From the human T2T-CHM13v2.0 reference genome, Homo sapiens, in assembly GCF_009914755.1 (NCBI RefSeq), contig NC_060925.1: DNA of 64,000 nt; one strand, given 5' to 3'. The position numbers were made by a program, and so were the translations under genes. Of this stretch, positions 55,811 through 64,000 are shown piece after piece. Position 1 is the stretch's first letter. Every line of letters begins with the position of its first letter. Under the pieces are notes generated by a model that ran no database searches, was not told where the DNA came from, and saw only the letters and a program-made list of their open reading frames with translations.

Positions 55811-56564
55811 TGCCAACAAAGCTCGTATATTCTTTCCATGATAATAACAATTTTATTCTCCGTTTGTACACTGTCTCATTCCAAAAAGGATAGGGGTTGA
55901 ATTTCACAAATTCAGCAAATATTGTAGTGAATATGAATCTCAGTCTAAAAATTCAGATGTGCAAGAAATATTATTTCTTTCATTTTCTGTAAATCAAACT
56001 TAATTTCTAATCTAAGCCCACTCTTGCTGGGTAGATGGGAAATTCAGTCTCAGCCATTTTGAGGATTCCCTCCTTCACATTAGTACAAAAGCTCCAGAGT
56101 CCTACATAACTGTAAGACATTGAGGGGGTTCCGCTGATGCTTAGTGCCCTGGTAATGAGGAGATAGTCACCGTGCCAGTTCACACAGCTCCAGTGGCTTT
56201 GCTGATACCAAGTTATGCCTGCTGCTCAGAGTCCTAGGCCAGCATATGGAACGGCCATGGTTCTTACCTGGGGTCTTTCTACTTTTCTAGAGTTCTGCCT
56301 CCCTTTGCTCTCTCTAAACCCACAGATACAAAGAGACTCTGGGAATCTCTTGACAATGTGGGAGAATTGCCCCTTTCCACGTTTCTCTTAGAACCCTTTT
56401 TTCTCCACCGAGGACACTTAGCTCAACCTCCTTAAAGGCTTTAAACATTTCCAAACAAATTCAGAAGGAGAAGTCAACCATAATTTTACCAGCTCTGAAG
56501 CAAGAAAGCACAGAATCTGTAAACTGCATTCATAGAAAAAGGAGAAGAAAATTCAAAAATTAAC

Positions 56565-56648
56565 ATGTCAAAAATGGTCCTATCTCAATACCATGATTTT
56601 TTTCAAATGTCAAAAATGGTCCTATCTCAATACCATGATTTTTTTCAA
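56565..56648. repeat. Perfect 42-bp tandem duplication
   Basis: atgtcaaaaatggtcctatctcaataccatgatttttttcaa occurs twice. Confidence 0.97.
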
Positions 56649-57394
56649 ATATAAAGAATTTATGGTGAAAGAGAAATAAAATTAAAAATGAATGAGAAAA
56701 TTAATGCGTTGAAAATGCTTTCAAGCTTAGGTTCATGACGTCAGCTCTGAGCTTTCTAGTGACCAAATCAATAACTCAACAACTGTTCATGGGTTATAAG
56801 CCACCCCAATCTACGGTATTCTGTTATAACGGCCTGAACTCATGAAGGCAACAACTGATAAAAATAAATCTGCTAAAGAAAGCATACCAGTTTTTCAGGA
56901 CCAAGATGGTTTTACCTGGCCCTGGGATGAGTGGAAGATTTTTTTCACTGGATCCTTCTAAAGAGAACACTTTATAATGCAGGCACCCCCACGTTCAACA
57001 TTATCCTTACAATAATGACTTCTGTCACATTGTTTTTTATAACAATATAGGCACCAGAGATTTAAAAAAACAACAAACAATTCAAAAAGTGGGCTTTGGT
57101 CTAGTCAAGGATGCAGATAAACAGATAATTGCCACCTGCTATTAAAGCGTCATCATAGAGGTGTTGTACAAAGTGCAAAAGGAGCCCAGATGAGGCAGAG
57201 CAATGATATTGGAAGCAGGTGTCCAAGGATGCATTCATGTTGCTAGAAGAAGAAAGGATGGAGGGAGCCCAGCACCCAAAGATCATGGGGGCTAGAATGA
57301 GGTTGGAAAATGCTCAGGTCATAATAAGCAGAAAAACACAATCCCATATTCAAAAGAAATGTATACAAAATACTAAAAGGAAATCCATGACTAT

Positions 57395-58080
<686 letters not shown>

Positions 58081-58269
58081 GTTGTTATTTCTAGGAGATC
58101 ATATTCTAGAATTCATGATCCTAAAATCATACTCTGATTTTTATAGTTTGCCTTTAGATTTTCTACATTTTCAATTTTTATGAGGAAAATGTTATGAATA
58201 TTTAGCAACTAGTTTTGATTATAACAGAAGGTCCACATAAAAGTAGCTTCTAGTTCTTGTCACGCATGA

Positions 58270-59080
58270 AATATTCTAGAATGAAATAATAGGAGGTCTG
58301 GGATTTGCTTCAAAATCATGTGGGGCAGAGGAAAAGTGAACAAGGGCACAAATAAGCCAAGACTGGCCATGAGTTGCTAATTGTTTCAGCTGGATGATTG
58401 ATGGGTACAAAGGGATTTGTTACACTATTCTCTAGTATCCTAGACTTTAAACTTCATAATAAAAAGCTGAGAAAACAAATAGATAAGGAGAGTGACCCCA
58501 GCCATTAAACTCTTTCTGCTTCAGTTTGCTCAACTGTAAAATGAGGATGATAATAATGCTCACCTCATGAGATAGTTGTGAGGATTACATGAGTTAACAT
58601 ATCTAAGATGCCATGACACTGCCTGACACTTAGTTAACATTATAGTTGTTATTATGATTGCCTAAGCCAGGGGCACGATGACCTTTTCAAGCTCCCAGGT
58701 CCTTCCATCTTTCTGCCCTGCCATCTCAAAGTGTGCCACCAGCCATCAATGGTTATGTGAAATTGAAGCTGCTCCAGGTATTACCATAGCCCTGTCCAGA
58801 GGCAGAAAAGAGGTCAGTCTTGCCTTTTGTGTATGTGTTCCCTTTTAAGACTTAGGACACTTTCCAAGAAGCCCCTAGCAGGCTTCCCTTTGCTTCTCAT
58901 TGGCCAGGGTTATGTCACATACCCATGCCTAAACCAATCACTAACAAAACGGATACATCTACCAAGCTGGCTATTCACTAATCAAAACCTACACATAGGA
59001 CTTTGTGGAGGCCCCTGAACCATGATGTACAAATGACTGGAGGAAGAAAAATCATGGGCAGTCCAACAATAGTGACACCT
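58270..59080. mobile_element. Old L1M 3' end (58270-58470 +), MIR (58490-58655 +) and MLT1K/L-like LTR (58680-59080 -)
   Basis: 'gtctgggatttgcttcaaaat'; 'ctgtaaaatgaggatgataataatgctcacctcat'; 'tctcattggccagg..tgtcacat.cccatgcctaaaccaatcact'. Confidence 0.7.
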
Positions 59081-61410
59081 CCTGGCACATTTGACAGCAG
59101 TGAGTAAGTTCTGTATGACTGCTGCATAAGATAATATAGGGAACAGGAGGAGAGATGATAGCAGGACAGGTGAATTGAGATCAGTGAAACACTAGGCAGA
59201 GGACACTGCATTTTTTTCCTGTAGGCAGTGAGGAACCATGAAGATTGAGGCACAGGAGCTAAGGAGAACCTAATAAGGATATAAGAAAAATATCACTCAT
59301 TTCATTTCAACCAAGAATTTTCCTAAAGATGATGTGTAATCTTATGCAAACTATATGCACGTGATATGCAAATCTACTTATTGCTCCCTCAAATGTTTTG
59401 CACGCCTGGATGTGGTGTTTGAAAAACAAAAATCTTGGTAGAAACAATTGACTCAGCAATAATATCTCTAAGTTGGTTAGGCAACTAGCCTTGGATTAGA
59501 TATTGATGTCATAACTTCATTTTCTACTGGCTAAGAACTTGTTTTAGGTTTTGTACTAATTTCCTTTAGGATTTGTCTTCAAGGAGCAGGTGAATATCCA
59601 CAGCCCTCACAACAAAGAGTCTACCCTCAGTGCTGAGTGTCATTATCCTTATGTGAAAGTGAATTCCACATGAGTCTTTTGAAGAAGCCAGAGCGTTTTA
59701 AGATATTATTTAATTACACATGAGAAATGCATTATTTGATTCATTAAAGAAGACCATGATGCAAAGAGGCCAACCTCAAGCTATTGAAAACCTTTCAAAT
59801 TAAGATGCTGAGAGCTTTATTATTAGCATAAATTTTGCTTATGGGGTGGGGGGATGCTGTACATGTGATGAAATGCAACTGGGTCAAGAAGGAGAAATTA
59901 GGAAGTATGTTTATCACACATGAGGCTTTCTAGTACTTCTGAACAAGAAATCCTGATTTCAGCCAGATCTTAGCTGAAATGGGAAGATTATGATTTTTGT
60001 TTCCATGAAAGTCAAGCAGGTCCTGCTCCTCCATTGGCGGAAGTAATGTAAAATAAGTTCCCATGTACCTGATACGTTTGTGGATGAGGATGTTCTCCTT
60101 GATGTGTAGACCCTTGCATAAGTTATTATAGATATGAACTCAAATTTATTGAACGAATAAATAATACCAACCCTGATTTCAGCCAAATCCTATGACTTAT
60201 CAGCTGAAAATCATTGTATATTTTACATGGATCATAAATTGTATTCTTCTTATTATTATTCGTTCACTTATTCAACAAGTTTTTGTCTAGACTTTTTTAT
60301 AGTAGTTACTGTTCTAAGCACTGGGAGCACAGCATTGAATAAACCAGGCAAAAGTCTTTCTTCCCTTGGAGTTTATATTCTAATGGGAAATGATATAAAA
60401 TAAATAAGATAAATAAGTAATATATATAGTACATGTACATTGTGATAGATGCTAAAGAGATGAAGTCGGTAAAGGGAATGGGGGATTGGAAAGTGGTCAA
60501 GAAGGCTTGCAATATTTGATAGCATGGTTGGGGAAGGCCTCCATTACATGGTGACCATGTTAACCATTAATATTATAGTATTCTTCATCAATATTTCTGG
60601 TTCTTCTGAGCACATGAAAAGATTGTATTTCCTTGCTACATTGGAATTAGAGATGCCAAGTGACTTGCTTTGGCTGATGAAATGTGAGTAGAAGTGATGT
60701 ATGCTGCTTTGTCATGGAAGCTTTAAGGGCTGGTATATGATTCATCATGCTCTTTCTGTCTACCACAGCTATGTTCCACTAGTGGCTGTTCTGTCTGCTT
60801 GGAACCTGGGATGAGAACAATATGGAGCAGAACCAAAATGGACATGTATTCTGACTTGTTCTAAACTACTGAGTTTGAGGTTGCTTATTACTGCAGCATA
60901 ACCTAGCCTAATGTGTCTAAATGAACTACAGCAACAATTGATTGAAGACCTGAAGGAAGTAGGGGAGTAAAAAGTGTGGATTTCTAGGAAGGAGCACTCC
61001 CAGTAGTGCAAAGGCCTCAGCGTGGGAGTCTGTTTGGTATTTTAGACTCAAATGAATGAAAAAAAACCATGGTAAAAGATGCAGTTCGAGAGGTGAGGGA
61101 CTTCCAGATCATGTTGTACCATCCTAAGGACTTTTCTTCTCAGGGATGTGAAGTCATTCATAGAGGAGTAACATGATCTGACTTAAATTTTTAAAAATAC
61201 TCAAAGTGGTTGTTGGTTTGAGCATAAACTGAGATGGCGGCAAGACAGCAGCAGAGAGAACATTAAGGAGGCTATTTCTAGAAATCCAGGGTAGAGAGGA
61301 GAGTTGCTTGAATCAGGCTGGTTGCAGTGGAGGTATTAGAAATGGTTGGCTTCTGGATATATGTTTTCTATAAAGCCAAGGGGATTTGCTGATGTATCAG
61401 ATATGAGTTG

Positions 61411-61796
61411 TGTCTTAGTGCATTCCTGCTGCTATAACAAAATACCCAAGACTGGGTAATTTACAAACAAACAATAGAAATTTATTTTTCACAGTTCTGG
61501 AGGCTAGAAAGTCCAAGATCAAGGCACCAACAGGTTCAATGTCTGACAAGGGCTGTTCTCAGCTTCCAAGATGATACCTTCTGCTGCATCCTTCAGTTGA
61601 GACAAATACTGTGCTCTCACATCGCAGAAGAGATGGAAGGACAAAAGGTTCTAGCTAGTTCCCTCCAGCCCTTTTATAAGGCACTAATACCATCCATGAG
61701 ATTAAAGCCTCCTAAAGATCCCACCTCTTAATACTGTTGCATTGGGGATTAAGTTTCAACATGAATTTTGCAGGGACACAAACTTAACCCATAGCA
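61411..61796 (-). mobile_element. MaLR solo LTR (MST/MLT1A-like)
   Basis: tgtcttagt...gctgctataacaaaatac...cccatagca; 5-bp flanks agttg/tgttg. Confidence 0.88.
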
Positions 61797-62902
61797 TGTT
61801 GGAAGAAGAAGACTAAAGTCAAGGATGGTGCCAAGATTCTTATCTTAAATCAATGGAAGGATAGAGCTGCTACTTACTGAAATGGAGAAGATTGGAGGAG
61901 GAGCATATTTGTTAGGGTGAGCTCAGGCCTTAGTTTCAGACGGTGTTAAGTTTAGGGTGACCGCTAGACTTCTATGCAGAGATGTCGAATAGACAAGAAG
62001 ACCATGTTGGAGACATAAATTTGGGAGTCATTGATGTATAGACAGTATTTGAAATCATTAGACTAAATGATAGCACCAAAGGGAAAAGTGTAGAGAGAAA
62101 GGTGTAGAGGCCTGAGGACTGAGTTTCTTAACTGAATCTTAAGAATCAGGGAGAAGAGGAGAAACAGCAAAGCAGGCTGAGAAGGAGCTGCCAATGGAGT
62201 AGCAGGAAGACAACAACAACAACAACAACAAAAAAAAAAGAAGAGTGGTGGAAGGAAGAGTTTCAAAGTGTTAAATTCTGCATATAGGTTAAGTAAGATG
62301 AGGTCTGAGAATGGACAGTGAGATTTAGAAAATGGAAGTCTTCTATGACCTCGACAAATGGTATGTTGACAGCCTGGCTGGAAGATGCTCAAGAGATAAC
62401 AAGAGAAAAGAAATGGAGACAACTCATTCAAGGAGTTTTGTTATAAAAGGAAGTTTAAAATGAAGGTTTAATTGGCAAGAAATAAAGTCAAAAGAGGATT
62501 TTAAAAAAGGAGAATTAATAATGACTTTGTTGGCTAATAGGAAAGATCTATTAGGAAAAATCTGATGATGAGAGAAGAGATTGTTGGAGCAGTGTCTTCA
62601 AATAGACAAGAGGGGGTGAGATCTAGCACAGAAATAGAAGAGTTTGTCTTTGCCAGGGGTTCATCCTGGAGAAATGAGAATAGATGCAGGGAGGTGGTTG
62701 TGTATGGAGGGGGAGTATGTGGAAGTTATTCTCTGAATAATTCTATTTTCTCAGAGACGTTGGAAGAAAGTTCATCAGTTCAAAGTAAGAACGGCAGTTT
62801 AAGGAGAAATGAGACAGTGTAAAATAGCTTTTGAGAACAGTGGGGAAGTAAACAGATTACAAAAGTGTACTGATTGCCAGTCAGCATTAGAGTAAGTAAA
62901 CC

Positions 62903-63385
<483 letters not shown>

Positions 63386-63741
63386 TCAATACAACTGAGG
63401 GTTTAGGCAAGGGTGCAATAATATCATACTTAACTATGGAATTCAAGCTGGCCAAGGGGTAAGTAAAGAAATGAGTAGGGCACATTATTGACAAAATGTG
63501 TTCAGATCAATGAATTATGAAAACGGTAGGAGTGGCTATAGATGACTGAGTGCCTACAAGATACTATCACTGAAGTAGGTGCCTTACATTAATCCATGCT
63601 AGTTCTCACAACAATCTTGCTGGTATTATAATTCCAAATTTATATATTGCTAATAGACTGACCTAATATGTTGTGATCACAAGAAAAGTCATGGCATTCA
63701 ATCAGTTATCATTTCAATATCCAGTATTCAGTGAACATATC

Positions 63742-64000
63742 TGGGTCAGCCTGTTTTACATTGCTTTAAAAAAATCTGAGACTGGGTGATTTATAAGGAA
63801 AAGAGGTTTATTTTGGCTCATCGTTCTGCAGATTGTACAAAAAGTGCAACACCAGCAACTGCTTCCAGTAAGGACTCAGGAAGCTTTTGGTCATGGTGGA
63901 AGGAAAGGGGAACCAGCATGTCACATGCAAGCAAGGGAACAAGAGAGAGAGGAGGTAGGTCCCAGACTCTTTCAACAACCAGATCTCATGTAAACTTATT
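63742..64000 (-). mobile_element. MSTA/MSTB-like LTR (runs off the window)
   Basis: 'ctgagactgggtgatttataaggaaaagaggtttattttggctca..gttctgcag'. Confidence 0.85.

Overview
This is primate (most likely human) non-coding genomic DNA, either intergenic or intronic. It is dominated by interspersed repeats: about 13 Alu/FLAM/FAM copies, many L1 fragments, L2, MIR, MaLR/ERV LTRs, an ERVL internal remnant and several DNA transposons. I find no intact protein-coding gene, RNA gene or CRISPR array. Every recognisable ORF is a decayed L1 or ERVL frame or an Alu read-through. I see no convincing new biological system. The most notable structure is a ~13-kb L1MA-type element (about 39404-52328). Its extreme 3' end appears split by a ~0.8-kb non-L1 fragment carrying splice-like signals, and a near-full-length L1PB has replaced part of it. 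Other points of interest are a twin-primed, 3'-truncated L1 with a TSD, small templated insertions, apparent Alu-Alu gene conversion, two probably recent indels, and a few repeat-free islands with HOX/PBX/MEIS or POU motifs. Subfamily names come from my recall of consensus sequences. Repeat boundaries are approximate unless a TSD is cited.
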